DNA of 64,000 nucleotides from an uncultured delta proteobacterium (lineage in GTDB: Bacteria; Desulfobacterota; Binatia; UBA9968), in NCBI GenBank assembly GCA_963840855.1, contig CAWJBB010000030.1, forward strand, positions 160,001-224,000, written 5' to 3'. Below are positions 10,746 to 20,720 of this stretch, piece by piece. The notes below the pieces were generated by a model that saw nothing but the letters and a program-made list of their open reading frames with translations, was not told the DNA's origin and did not search any database. Position 1 is the first letter of the stretch, and every line of letters starts with the position of its first letter. The translations under genes were made by a program, and so were the position numbers.

Positions 10746-11116
10746 TTAGCGAAGCCAGCCTTGGGACCAGGTCTAGAAATAATGCAAGTCAGCCAATAGA
10801 ACGATCGGGATCTGGCATAACAATCCTATTAATCTCCACACCAAACTCGATGATCGAATGATTCAGACATAACAATCACTACAATCTTCAAATCACCCGT
10901 CTTTTTTCTCTCGGAAAGCTGCCAAATCATCAGTCAGGATTCGGTGTTTTTTGGAGGCAAAAGAAAATTATGGTAAGTCGGGAGCTTTTCACATCGTGGA
11001 CTCAGCGCTGTGCGGCCTCCAATGCTTATGAGGTGTGAATCCACTACATACGCTGGAAGAACAGGCGCGTCACGACATCTCACTTGCGCTGGTGAATCTC
11101 AGAGTTTTATGACCAC

Positions 11117-12349
11117 CTATCCGACCGCCCGCATCTCCTGCCGCTCAATCTCCGTACCCGCCGCCTTCCTGAAGTCCTCCTCCTTAAAGGAGTACAGTCC
11201 AGCGCCTCCAAGAAAGATCTTCGCAGCTATCTCTCTGGGCACGTTCTGAAGGAGGTTACTGGAGACGTTGGGAAAGTTGGAGTCGAAGTGGGGATAGTCC
11301 GTCGAAATACACATGTGATCGGCGCCAATGAGGCTCGCCGTGGACGCGATCTCGGGTTCGCTGCCCTCAACCCCAGCCCAGCAGTTGCGCTGAAAGTACT
11401 CCTTGGGTGTCAAGGACAGGTAGGGCGCATGGGAATCCCGGTAGTTCGCATAGTCCCACTCGATGCGGCTGAGCAACCCGGGGACCCATGAGTTCTGGGC
11501 CTCCAGGTAGCCCACCCGGAGCTTGGGGTGAAACTCGAAAACGCCGGAGATGATCTGAGCGATCAAAGCCTGCTGCATTTCGATCCAATGGCTGGCTACG
11601 TGGCGGTAAAACCGGTTCTCTCCGTAGAGCTCGTTCATGTGGGAGCTCCAGGCGCCTGTCCCCTCATGGAAGCACCAGGCGACGTCCAGTTCCTCATGAA
11701 GACTGTATAGGGGGTCCCAGTAGTTCGAATGCCAGTAGTGGCCGTTTAGCAGGTTAGGGCGAATAAACGAAGCCACGGCACCCAGCTCACGAACACACCG
11801 CACCAGTTCCTGGCATGCCAAGTTGACATCATGTAGAGGAAGCATGGCAGCGAATTTCAATTGGTTGGCACTGTACTGGCAAAACTCGTGGATCCAGTTG
11901 TTGTAGGCCTGGCTTAGGGCCAGGGAGAGTTGCGGATCCATTCCGTTGCGGGAGATGAGGCTGAGACCACCGGTGGGGAACAGGACAGCAATATCGATTC
12001 CCTCCATCTGCATCGCCATGATTTGGGCTTCGGCGTCGTAATCTCGTTCGATCGCGAAGCGCAACCGCCCTGTCGCAGCCGAGCGGGAGGCCGATAGCTG
12101 ACCCGTCGCACTCCCGAGAATAGGGCCACTGGCACGCGACGATGCGGGCTTTTTGCGGTATTGCTGCAACTCCACGTCCATGGAGGCGGGCAAACCATCG
12201 ATGATCCACGACCGGTGGCTTAGCTTCCCGTCCGCGCCTACTGCCGACGTGACCCGGGACTTGAAAGCCGGGTTCAGGTACTTCTCAAAAAGGTCCCCCG
12301 GCTCCTGAATATGCATGTCACTGTCTACGAACCTCAGTCCTTCTTTCAT
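11117..12349 (-). CDS. Amidohydrolase family protein (Amidohydro_2)
   Basis: VDSDMH, FHEG, HPKLRVGYLEAQNSW, STDYPHFD. Confidence 0.9.
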   Translation of the reverse strand: MKEGLRFVDSDMHIQEPGDLFEKYLNPAFKSRVTSAVGADGKLSHRSWIIDGLPASMDVELQQYRKKPASSRASGPILGSATGQLSASRSAATGRLRFAIERDYDAEAQIMAMQMEGIDIAVLFPTGGLSLISRNGMDPQLSLALSQAYNNWIHEFCQYSANQLKFAAMLPLHDVNLACQELVRCVRELGAVASFIRPNLLNGHYWHSNYWDPLYSLHEELDVAWCFHEGTGAWSSHMNELYGENRFYRHVASHWIEMQQALIAQIISGVFEFHPKLRVGYLEAQNSWVPGLLSRIEWDYANYRDSHAPYLSLTPKEYFQRNCWAGVEGSEPEIASTASLIGADHMCISTDYPHFDSNFPNVSSNLLQNVPREIAAKIFLGGAGLYSFKEEDFRKAAGTEIERQEMRAVG

Positions 12350-12742
12350 GGCATCCTCCGTTTCACTGCGTTACAAATTCACGGCGAATTCAGTCCCGCG
12401 AACCTTTGTCATAATCAAATCATGCCGTAACAGAAAGTGAAAAAACACAAGCCGCTCGCTGCGATCAAGAGCCGACTCGGCAAAGGAAGTTCCCACTAAA
12501 CCGATCTCCTCCCTCCTCTTTTTTCTTCTTTTTCTGTGTGATCTGGACTCTCCGACCGTGGGTCAGCCTAAAACAAATTGTACGACTTGACACAGTGATC
12601 CCGCAGGATCTTCCGCTTCGACTCTTCAGAGATGCTCAGGAGCGAAACGAAAGTATCCAATAAGGTGGTCTTGTGTCAACCTATTACAGATAAGCTTCAT
12701 GAAAGAGAAAGTTATCTTGATCAATCGCACTGGATGATTGTC

Positions 12743-13123
12743 TTACAATCTTTCAGCTCCATCGAGTTTTCCAAGATCTCGGTCAAAGGTACCCAAAGGT
12801 ACATGACCGGCCTTCAGAGCTACTTCGAGAATCAAACAATCGGAGAACCCCAGCGCGGGACGGTGGCGGTACTGCTCCAGCGCTGCCGCGACAGTATCGG
12901 ATTCTTGGATTGTGAGATCTTTGTGTTGCAAGAGCATATCGACGGCAGTCGCTATTTCTGGATGAGTGAGTTCGTAGACGGCCGCAAGGACCCGCGATGC
13001 CTCGACGAGGACGAGCGTCGATATCTACGCACCTTTGCTAATGAAGGCTTCCGCCGTAGCGACCTGCTTGCGGTCGTCACGCGTGATAAGGCAAACCAAC
13101 ACGTTGGTATCAACGGCGCGCAT
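12743..13123 (-). pseudogene. vapC: VapC (PIN-domain) toxin with in-frame TAG at codon 33 (13025-13027)
   Basis: MRAVDTNVLV...FISKGA*ISTLVLVEA...GFSDCLILEVA...GTFDRDL; PIN acidic residues are retained. Confidence 0.85.
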
Positions 13124-13373
13124 GCTTCTCTTTCATATAGCGCCGCACGCCTCTTTCGAAGTCTTCCAGCTTCTTCGGGGTGGGGACACCTTTCGGAAAG
13201 ATCGCTCGGTGAATATCCTGCGACGAGTATCGGCCGGCCTTGCGAACAACAATCGCATCGCCCTCCTCATCCCACTCCAGAATCGAACCTGGCCCGATAC
13301 CGAGTTTTCGCCGCACCTCAGCGGGAACGGAAATTTGACCTTGAGCCGTAATCTTTGAATGTGCGATGGCCAT
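13110..13373 (-). CDS. AbrB/MazE/SpoVT-family antitoxin (VapB)
   Basis: SKITAQGQISVPAEVRRKLGIGPGS; overlaps the vapC start. Confidence 0.9.
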   Translation of the reverse strand: MAIAHSKITAQGQISVPAEVRRKLGIGPGSILEWDEEGDAIVVRKAGRYSSQDIHRAIFPKGVPTPKKLEDFERGVRRYMKEKHARR

Positions 13374-13379
13374 GGGTGT

Positions 13380-13397
13380 TAATTACCATGGTAATTA
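13380..13397. promoter_or_regulatory. Perfect 18-bp palindromic operator of the vapBC promoter
   Basis: TAATTACCATGGTAATTA just upstream of ATG 13373; TTGACC -35-like hexamer at 13407-13402 (minus strand); transcript probably leaderless. Confidence 0.65.
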
Positions 13398-13556
13398 CAA
13401 CGGTCAATCGGACCCCTGCGGACAGGAATATTGGCGGCATGGGCATCGGGCCTGAAGTATGGAGTTCTTTTGGTGTGTCAACAGCCGAAAGACGCGACCC
13501 TAGTAGGATTCTCAAGGCGGAGGTAGACTAACGTAAATTATCTTGGACAGTAGTGA

Positions 13557-14753
13557 TCATCGACCTTTTTTGTCCTTGGCCACCGCGCTCAAGCGCGGCA
13601 AGAACCTGATGGCGTTGTCGCTGAGCAGCTTGATCTTGGCGCTCTCCGGCATGGCTTTATCCCAGATGAGCGGCACTGCGTTGGGCCATGCGCTGCCGTG
13701 GTGCGGGTAGTCAGTCGAGAACAGCCAGGGGTGCTCGCCTAGGGTTTCGACAGCGTACGCTATGTGCTTTTCTTCAGCCTCAACCGAGCAGAAGAGGTTG
13801 CCATCCTTCAGGATTTCCGAGGCGGTACGTTTCAGCTTGGGGGTTTGTGGTGAGCCAGGCTTGTAGCCGTCGTCCAGCTTCTCGATCAGGTAGGGCATCC
13901 AACCACCGAAGCTCTCGAATAGGCCGATTCGGAGCTTCGGGAACAAATCGAAGACGCCGCCGCCGACCAGAGCCGCCAGCGCGTATTGTCCCCCGATGCT
14001 GTGGTAGAGGCCGTTGGGAGCTTCCACCCACGGGGTAAAAGGCGGCCGGTTCGCGCCGCCGTGAACCCACAATGGCATGTCGAGTCCTTGAGCGGCTGCG
14101 TATAGAGGATGGAGGTCCGGATTGTCGAGCATCCTGCCATCCGGGCAGGTACGTGGTATTTGCAGTCCGGCAAAGTGCGGGTCCTCCTTGGTCCAGAACT
14201 CCAACTGCGCGATGGTCTTCGGAACGTCCCGCATGGTGGAGGCCCCTATCCACCAAAGACGGCCGCCTGCATCAGCGCAATAGTTACTCATGAACCGGTG
14301 GAAGGCGTGGTGCAGGGCGCTCTCGAAGCCCACGTCGCGCAACGCGCAAAAGCTGTCAGCCGAGCTCGGGAAGATAACACTGATGTCGACCGCGGCGATT
14401 TCCATGTCTCGGAGGCGAATCGCTGGGTCCCAATTACAAGCGGGGTCTATCCGGACACCAGCATTCGTCGAAGCCCGATCGCCTTGGATGGCTTGCTCAG
14501 ACCGCGAGCTACCGTTCCCCTGAACCTCGTATGCCTCATAGACGCCTAAAGGGCGTGTTGGAAGGGCCGGCCAAAGAAACTCCGAGAAGCCACGTTCTCC
14601 CGCCCGGTGCTTAAGCGCATTCGCTGCTTCGCTAAACCGCCGGTACGTCTCCCGGTATTCCGGGGCCATATATTGTTTGTACGTCCGGTCTAGATCCCAG
14701 TACTGGCGGATGTGGGAATCCATGTCGATCACTACATGTCCGTTGTAGCTCAT
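13557..14753 (-). CDS. Amidohydrolase family protein (Amidohydro_2)
   Basis: MSYNGHVVIDMDSH, WVHGG, FPKLRIGLFESFGGW, FSTDYPH. The ORF-track extension to 15032 is the tail of the upstream gene. Confidence 0.88.
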   Translation of the reverse strand: MSYNGHVVIDMDSHIRQYWDLDRTYKQYMAPEYRETYRRFSEAANALKHRAGERGFSEFLWPALPTRPLGVYEAYEVQGNGSSRSEQAIQGDRASTNAGVRIDPACNWDPAIRLRDMEIAAVDISVIFPSSADSFCALRDVGFESALHHAFHRFMSNYCADAGGRLWWIGASTMRDVPKTIAQLEFWTKEDPHFAGLQIPRTCPDGRMLDNPDLHPLYAAAQGLDMPLWVHGGANRPPFTPWVEAPNGLYHSIGGQYALAALVGGGVFDLFPKLRIGLFESFGGWMPYLIEKLDDGYKPGSPQTPKLKRTASEILKDGNLFCSVEAEEKHIAYAVETLGEHPWLFSTDYPHHGSAWPNAVPLIWDKAMPESAKIKLLSDNAIRFLPRLSAVAKDKKGR

Positions 14754-14852
14754 TACTCGCCTCTCTGAGCGGTGCCTTGAAATAGGCCTCGCGATTTTCT
14801 TTTTAGGGCTACGGCCGAAGAAGTTAAAAAACTCTTTAAAAGGACAACCGCG

Positions 14853-15861
14853 GCTATTAAGGCCCATCACATCCCGATAAAGCTTAAAGTATGTTGTAGC
14901 GCTCATTTCAGGACGCACCGGGACAATCTTGAGGTTAGCTGGGATTTGCTTCAAGATTGGCGCTTCGAAATCTCTTCGGCCGGAATTGTATCCGATGCTA
15001 GCGAATTCTAGCTGGGTTTCTTTGGAGAGCATGAAGTCGATGTATAGCCTCGCCGCGTTCGGATGAGGGGCGCCTTTCAGAAGGGCCAGAACGAACTGCC
15101 GGCTTATCAGTGGTTCGACGGCAACTCAATCGACCGGAGACACCCGCCTATTTAGGAGTTCTATCCCGTGAACCAGGGAGATGGCGACAATCGACGCGTC
15201 TCCCGCGGCGAGCAGGGTTTGCATTTGCGAATGGCCACCGATGATTTTGACGTCCAATGCTGCGAGTTTTCGGAGGAAATCAAAGTTTTTTCTTCACCAC
15301 ACGCGCTGATGGCTGCAGCGATACACTTGCTTTCGTTTTCGTCATGAGAATCTTGCCCTTCCATTTCGGTGCAAGAAGATCAGAGAAGCTCTTGGGAACA
15401 TCTGCGCCTTTGACGAGATTCGTGTTATAGGCAATCACGTTCAGGGTCTCGGCGTTATCGCCCAAAATCCTTGTCATCCTATACTGTGGGCGAAACGCAG
15501 TCCTCTGCGGCGAATCATAGCTGTCTATCAAACCTTTTTTTAGGAGACCATAGAAATCCATTTCAGATTCGTGAATTACATCGGCCTTGGCGCTCTTGGC
15601 TTGGCCCTCGATTACAACTCGTTCGGCAAGCCGTTCCGAACCTAGCCGAATGACATTGACTTTTATGAATGGATACTTCCTAGTAAAAAGCTGGCTAATT
15701 TTTGCGATGTTGACAATTCCAGCGTGCCATAGAAAACAAGCTCGCCCTCTTTCTTGGCGGCTTCGACGACGGGCTGCGCCATCGTACTCGACAAGAGAAC
15801 CAAAAACAGACGCGAAAAGACTAACGGCTGTGAGAAAATTACGTAGTTTTTTCGGGGTCAT
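14853..15861 (-). CDS. ABC transporter extracellular solute-binding protein (AfuA/SBP_bac_6-like), several frameshifts
   Basis: FTRKYPFIKV, NVIAYNTNLVK..DVPKSFSDLLAPKWKGKI, LLAAGD, KGAPHPNAARLYIDFMLSKETQ; ends approximate. Confidence 0.75.
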
Positions 15862-15889
15862 TATTGGCATCTCCCTGCCCAGTGGTTCG

Positions 15890-17157
15890 CTAAACAGCCG
15901 CAAGACTGACGTTGAGACTAGGACCATGCCGTAAGAACTGCTCGACTTCGGTTTCTGTGAGGAAGCGCTTTTTACAGATCTCTTGGTAAAGTGCCTCGCG
16001 GATTTTCTCCATCTGCTCCGGCGAGGGCCGCAGTCCCATCGACTCCACTTTAAGATCCAAAACGTTGCCCCAGAAGGTACTGCTACCCCATACATAACGC
16101 TGCGTCTGCCCTACAACTTCGCCGACAAATGGCACATTAGCCTCGGGCAAACCCTCCTCTTCAGACTGCCCGACCTGAAGCATATGGGCAGCCGACTCCT
16201 CCAAAAAGGCGTTCTCTCCCGTGATAGCCTTGTTACGTTGGCAGACGACGCCGGTGACTTTTTCAGCAAATTTAGACAAAGCATAGAGTTTCTCGAGGTT
16301 GAGACCGGTGTCAACGCCGAAAAGAATCTGCAGCGAGGCGGCCACCTCTTCGAGGGAAGCATTTCCCGCCCGATCGCCCAGTCCGTTGATCGCTACTTCA
16401 CACCAATCGGCGCCGGCCTCGACCGCGGCCAAAGTGTTGGCTGTAGCAAGACAAAATCATTGTGGCAGTGGATCGAGAGGGATGCTCGCTCGCCGACTTC
16501 CTTCTTGAGCTCTTGCACGAAATATTTAACCGTAGTCGGAAAACGCTTCCCCGGCTGTCGTAGATATGGAGGTGGCTGGCACCGGCCTGGGCCGCTTCGC
16601 CGTACATCTTCTTGACAGTGTCCAGATTGGTTCGCGTTGCTTTGGACCAACCGAAAGCAACTTCTCTAGCTCTTTCACAGGCGTAAGGCACGGCCGCATC
16701 GATAGTTTTGTGGATCTCGTCTTTCGATATCCCTTCCTTAAAGTCTGAGAAGATCTCCATCGGTGAAAAGGAAAAATGAAGGTCAAGATATCGGCGTCTA
16801 CTTTCAACGCCGGTCGATATCCTTTTTCCAATCGCCCCGCAACTTAGCGCTAAAATATGCGAGCTTCGTCTTGACGCCTGCGCGGCGTAATTTTTTGACG
16901 AGTTCCGCGACCGCCTCGGTGGAGTGTAGCTTTGGGAGCTCAATCGCGCCAACTCCCAACTCGTCAAGTTTCAATGCCAGTTCTGTCCGCGCATCGGGAG
17001 AAATGATCGCCCCGACGGTCTCCTCGCCTTCCCGCATCGTGACATCGCGCAGAAAGACCTTCTTGGGGAGGCCAGCCATTTGGGCGCGCACCGGCGTTTC
17101 CCAGTTGAGAGGTGAGGTATACCACTTTCCCGGTACATACCATGGTTTTGATTCCAT
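15890..17157 (-). CDS. LeuA/homocitrate synthase-like (DRE-TIM metallolyase) protein, frameshifted
   Basis: LRDVTMREGEET, LDELGVGAIE, SIHCHNDF, INGLGDRAGNASLEEVA, NKAITGENAF. Confidence 0.8.
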
Positions 17158-17204
17158 ATTACCCCCTGAAAGTTTGATACTGAATGAGATCGCTCCTAAA
17201 TCGG

Positions 17205-17744
17205 CACTACTAAGTCTCTTAGGAATGCGGCCGGCATCAACTTCCATCTTTAGCAGCGGGACCATGCCGCCTGCTTCCAGTTTCCTTAGGATGAACGACG
17301 GCATGGGTTCGAACTGCAGTTCAACGCTGGATGAAATGTTGGTCAGGCATCCTTTTTCGAGATCAACCTCGAGCTCATCGCCTTGTTTAACCGCATACAG
17401 AATCCCGGAATAGTTCCACCACCGGCAGCCCGCGTTCTATCGAATTCTCAAGAAATATGGAGCCGATGTATCGCATATCACCGCAGCCACACCCGCCCCA
17501 AAATGGATAAACAGGCGTGATCGTGATCATGCCCAAAGCCCATGAACTCGCCGACGATGAAATCCCCTTTCTGGACCTTCTTCGGAAAATCGGGATCTAC
17601 TTTGGTCATGCAGTACTTACCGATCTCCTCCGGCGTATACATGCCTTTGGCCTGCAGCTCGTGAGAAATATCAAATACACATATTTCCCAATCGACATCC
17701 AAAACACCGCGAAATACCCAGGCCTTTCCTCTCATCGGCTTCAT
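17205..17744 (-). CDS. LeuD/DmdB-like aconitase small (swivel) subunit with atypical catalytic loop, frameshifted; 3' end approximate
   Basis: RGKAWVF, KYCMTKVDPDFPKKVQKGDFIVG, GFGHDHDHA (canonical GCGSSREHA), GDELEVDLEKG, LEAGGMVP. Confidence 0.8.
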
Positions 17745-17765
17745 GTCTCACCCTGCAATCTTCGC

Positions 17766-19029
17766 TCACAGATATTTTCTGGGATCCGTGATCTTGCCCT
17801 CCAGGCACGAGGCGGCTACGGTCATTGGGTTAGCTAAATAGATTTGCGCTTCTTGGCTGCCCATGCGCCCAGGATAGTTCGTTTGACCCGACCGCAATAC
17901 ACACTTCGTCGGCCGATAAAGGCGTGTTCGCGCCCCATTCCATACCCTCGTTGGGTGTGGGCACGACACACTCAGCGTCTACGAAGGTGTTTATCAACCC
18001 CTCATCTAAAGCTTGGCGAAGTATTCTTGTCGTACCTGGGGTGATGTTAAGCACACGCGCGGATGAATCTTCTTGCCTTTCAAAATCCGCGCGGCCATGC
18101 GCAAATGTTCTATCCAGCTGGCGGCGTCGCTACCGATGAATCCCCGGTTGATGGGCGTTCCTTCCAACTCCTTGATCGGTTTTACCAGATGGCGCTTTGG
18201 TGGGGGCACGACTTGAGGCTCCAAATTCCCGATATCGAACTCAAAAACCTTTGCATACTGCGCATCCGGATCGCTGCGCTGGGGTTCGAATGGCTCGATA
18301 GTCCGCGCGCGCACGTAGTCGAGAGTCTTTTGTCGGGGTTGATGATCGCGGTCCAGGCACCGGTAAAAATGGCGAAGGAGCAGAGCGAAAACGCTCTCCC
18401 ATACTTAAGGCGTCAATCACCGGTCCCGTCCATTCGAGCGCAGCGCCGCCGGCCCCGGTCGGTCCGATCTGAGATAAGAAATATTCAAATAAATCGCGCG
18501 CGCAAGTCCCGGGAGGGAATTCCCCTTTGACGACAATCTTGATACTCCGAGGAACTCTCATCCAGGTTTTACCAGTTATGAAATATTCCCCGCGTCCATA
18601 GGAAAGAGTGGTGGCGAAGGCGCCTAGTGCGCCGCTACCGCTCGAGTGCCCGTTGACCGCCTGTAAGTAAACCTCCCCGGGTAGCGCCAAGCTCTTTCAG
18701 CGGAAAACATGTTTTCAATGCCGGACCGGCCGAGAGTGTAAATGTTCTCGTCGGGGATGCCGACCGCCTTGGCCCATTTGCGCGCGCCCATGCGAGACCG
18801 CGCGGCATTGTGCGAGCTGTCGCACCGAGGTGACCGTCGACGATTCTGATGAGCTTTGGATTAAAAACGCCAACTTCCCATTCCACGCAGAACTCCACAC
18901 CACCCCGTAAGCCACCAAAATTTCCCATCGGCGTTGGACATCGGCTGCCGACTTCGACGTAGTCACCGGTGAAACGTCTTTGCGGCCGGCAGCTTTAGCG
19001 AGAATTTTTTCGGTAATCGTTTTTCCCAT
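17766..19029 (-). CDS. LeuC/homoaconitase-like large subunit lacking the Fe-S cysteines, frameshifted
   Basis: MGKTITEKILAKAAG, GALGAFA, TGKTWMRVP, SDPDAQY, LEPQV, GFIGSDAAS, PNEGMEWG, TNYPGRMGS, IYLANPMTVAASCLEGKITDPR. Confidence 0.85.
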
Positions 19030-19303
19030 ACGTGACTTCCGATGCGTAACCGAACGTATACCGACACGAAGGACGCTGTCAACTTTGCCGGGGATTCAGA
19101 GGAAGCTAAAAATTCGCGCGCGTTCGGTATGAAAAAGCAATTTGCGCGGTATCGAGAAGCCTCGTGAGGTGCGCGGCGGCGCGTAGCACAAAGGCGATCG
19201 AACTAATAGGCGGGTATTGTGTCAACGACGGAGATTCGGGGTCGAGCGGTCTGGACCACGCCCGGCCAGGGAAAAGGAGTTCAAGGGAGCAGTCTAAGAA
19301 TGA

Positions 19304-19624
19304 CTAAAAGACCCCCGTGTCGATCAGCGAAAATATGACCTCCTTCAACGCCGGGTCGATGGTGTCGAGGCGGTCTACTGTGGGGCCGCCGGCCAATGAA
19401 TTGAGAATATCGGGCAAGTCCTCTTTTTTTACGCCCGCGTACCAAACTTTTTGCGGGTGAACCACAATATTGGGACCAGAGTCGCAGCCGCCAAAACAGA
19501 TATACGGTTTCACGTCGACGTCGATTGATCTATCGGCGACCTGGGTGGTGATTTCCTTCAGCAGCTCTTCAGAGCCGCGGCTCAGACAGTCGACGTTTTG
19601 GCACACGAAGCAGGTTTGTTTCAT
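19304..19624 (-). CDS. Thioredoxin-like (2Fe-2S) ferredoxin
   Basis: VCQNVDCLSRGS...CFGGCDSGPNIVVHPQKVWY. Confidence 0.88.
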   Translation of the reverse strand: MKQTCFVCQNVDCLSRGSEELLKEITTQVADRSIDVDVKPYICFGGCDSGPNIVVHPQKVWYAGVKKEDLPDILNSLAGGPTVDRLDTIDPALKEVIFSLIDTGVF

Positions 19625-19786
19625 TTAGAAGAGTCCCTTCGATGATTGACTTGGTTCGAGCCGTCGGATGTCTTCAAAAGGCCCGGGCTCTTGGCTCAGT
19701 GCCAAATCGGGAGCGTTAGCTCCGATCCAAGTCGCTCCCGGCCTCTCTAAAAGTTTCTACTCAATTTTCCGGAGTCGATCAACTGC

Positions 19787-20269
19787 CTAACCAGCGTCGG
19801 CGCCAAGCCCGCTGGCCTGGGCGATGATTTCGTCCACGCTCTTATCTAGATTGAGCTTCCGGTTGATGCGCGCGTCGTCGCGCTCCTTTATGAGAGCGTA
19901 GATCTCCAGGCAGTTACCTTCCGGGTCGAGGAAATAGCACGACACGGTGTTGCCCATCTCCTCGTAAGCGTGGCTGACGCAGTGATCTATCGGCACGCCT
20001 TGCGCCTTAAATTTTTCGTAGAACTCTTTCACTTCGGCCGGCGTGCCGACCTTCCAGGCGATATGCGCGATGAGCTTGGCCTGGCCTTCGCGTCCCTTGG
20101 TCAGAGCCAGCTCGTGGTCTTCGGTGTTGGGATCGGAGGTCAAAAACACCATACCTCTCGAGTTTTCTCGGTACTTGACCAGCCCGAGAACATCCCGATA
20201 AAACGCGACCATTTTGTCAAGGTCGTTAACGTAGAGCACCACGTGGCTCAGTCCTTTGATCTTTGGCAT
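19787..20269 (-). CDS. VOC/glyoxalase family protein
   Basis: GLSHVVLYVNDLDKMVAFYRDVLGL, HIAW, YFLDPEGNCLE; AGGAGG RBS. Confidence 0.88.
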   Translation of the reverse strand: MPKIKGLSHVVLYVNDLDKMVAFYRDVLGLVKYRENSRGMVFLTSDPNTEDHELALTKGREGQAKLIAHIAWKVGTPAEVKEFYEKFKAQGVPIDHCVSHAYEEMGNTVSCYFLDPEGNCLEIYALIKERDDARINRKLNLDKSVDEIIAQASGLGADAG

Positions 20270-20488
20270 ATGCGATTCCTCCTGCACGCTTAGCGCGTGC
20301 CGTTTTTCCGCTTAGACGGTGATCGTCGCCTCTGGGACGGAACCTATCCGATATCTTCGTCTTGTGTCAACTTGGGACTGGCTAGCGTGAAATCGTCATG
20401 AGGCCTAAAGCAATCGTAAATTCGGATCTGCGAATGGAAGTCGCTTCCATAATCCGTGCGTAAGGTCGTATCTATGTGATTAACCTGG

Positions 20489-20604
20489 CCGTCGAGAAGG
20501 CGGTGGGTGCGAGGCGGAGCGAGGGCTCGCACCGGAGCGTACATCGGCAGTACGTGAGGATGCGAGTCCGACGTGACAACGAAGCAAGCGCCCCTTATCG
20601 ACGG
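20489..20604. repeat. Palindromic MITE/REPIN-like intergenic element
   Basis: Terminal inverted repeats CCGTCGAGAAGG / CCTTATCGACGG with an inner CTCGCA..CGTAC..GTACG..TGCGAG hairpin. Confidence 0.55.
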
Positions 20605-20720
20605 ATCAGGGCTCTTGACGGTATCTCGCACGGCGGGTATAAGCGGGGCACAATCGTTTCCGTAACGCCGCTGATTCCTGCGAGCGCGCGTGGGCACCGG
20701 AAAGGATAAGGAGGTTTCAC

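Noticed and set aside
4205-13027. Genome-wide TAG recoding (genetic code 15 or pyrrolysine)
   Set aside because: Many intact genes here end at TAG at the expected position (e.g. top6A, the family-5 binding protein, ftsH), so TAG is a normal stop.
16804-17304. Apparent LeuD-LeuA in-frame fusion (similar: binding protein-amidohydrolase at 13557-15032, cupin read-through at 29147, Ada extension to 54822)
   Set aside because: Each downstream gene has its own plausible start, and stops are probably lost through indels in an error-rich sequence.
14853-19029. Dense frameshifts suggesting pseudogenisation or programmed frameshifting
   Set aside because: Single-base indels also occur in many unrelated genes (1820, 33237, 34255, 57.5-57.8 kb, 60.4-60.8 kb) with protein motifs preserved. 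This is most consistent with long-read consensus errors.
20344-20697. 117-aa ORF with a TSDSH motif resembling LeuC
   Set aside because: It overlaps a palindromic repeat and a divergent promoter region; the similarity is probably coincidental.
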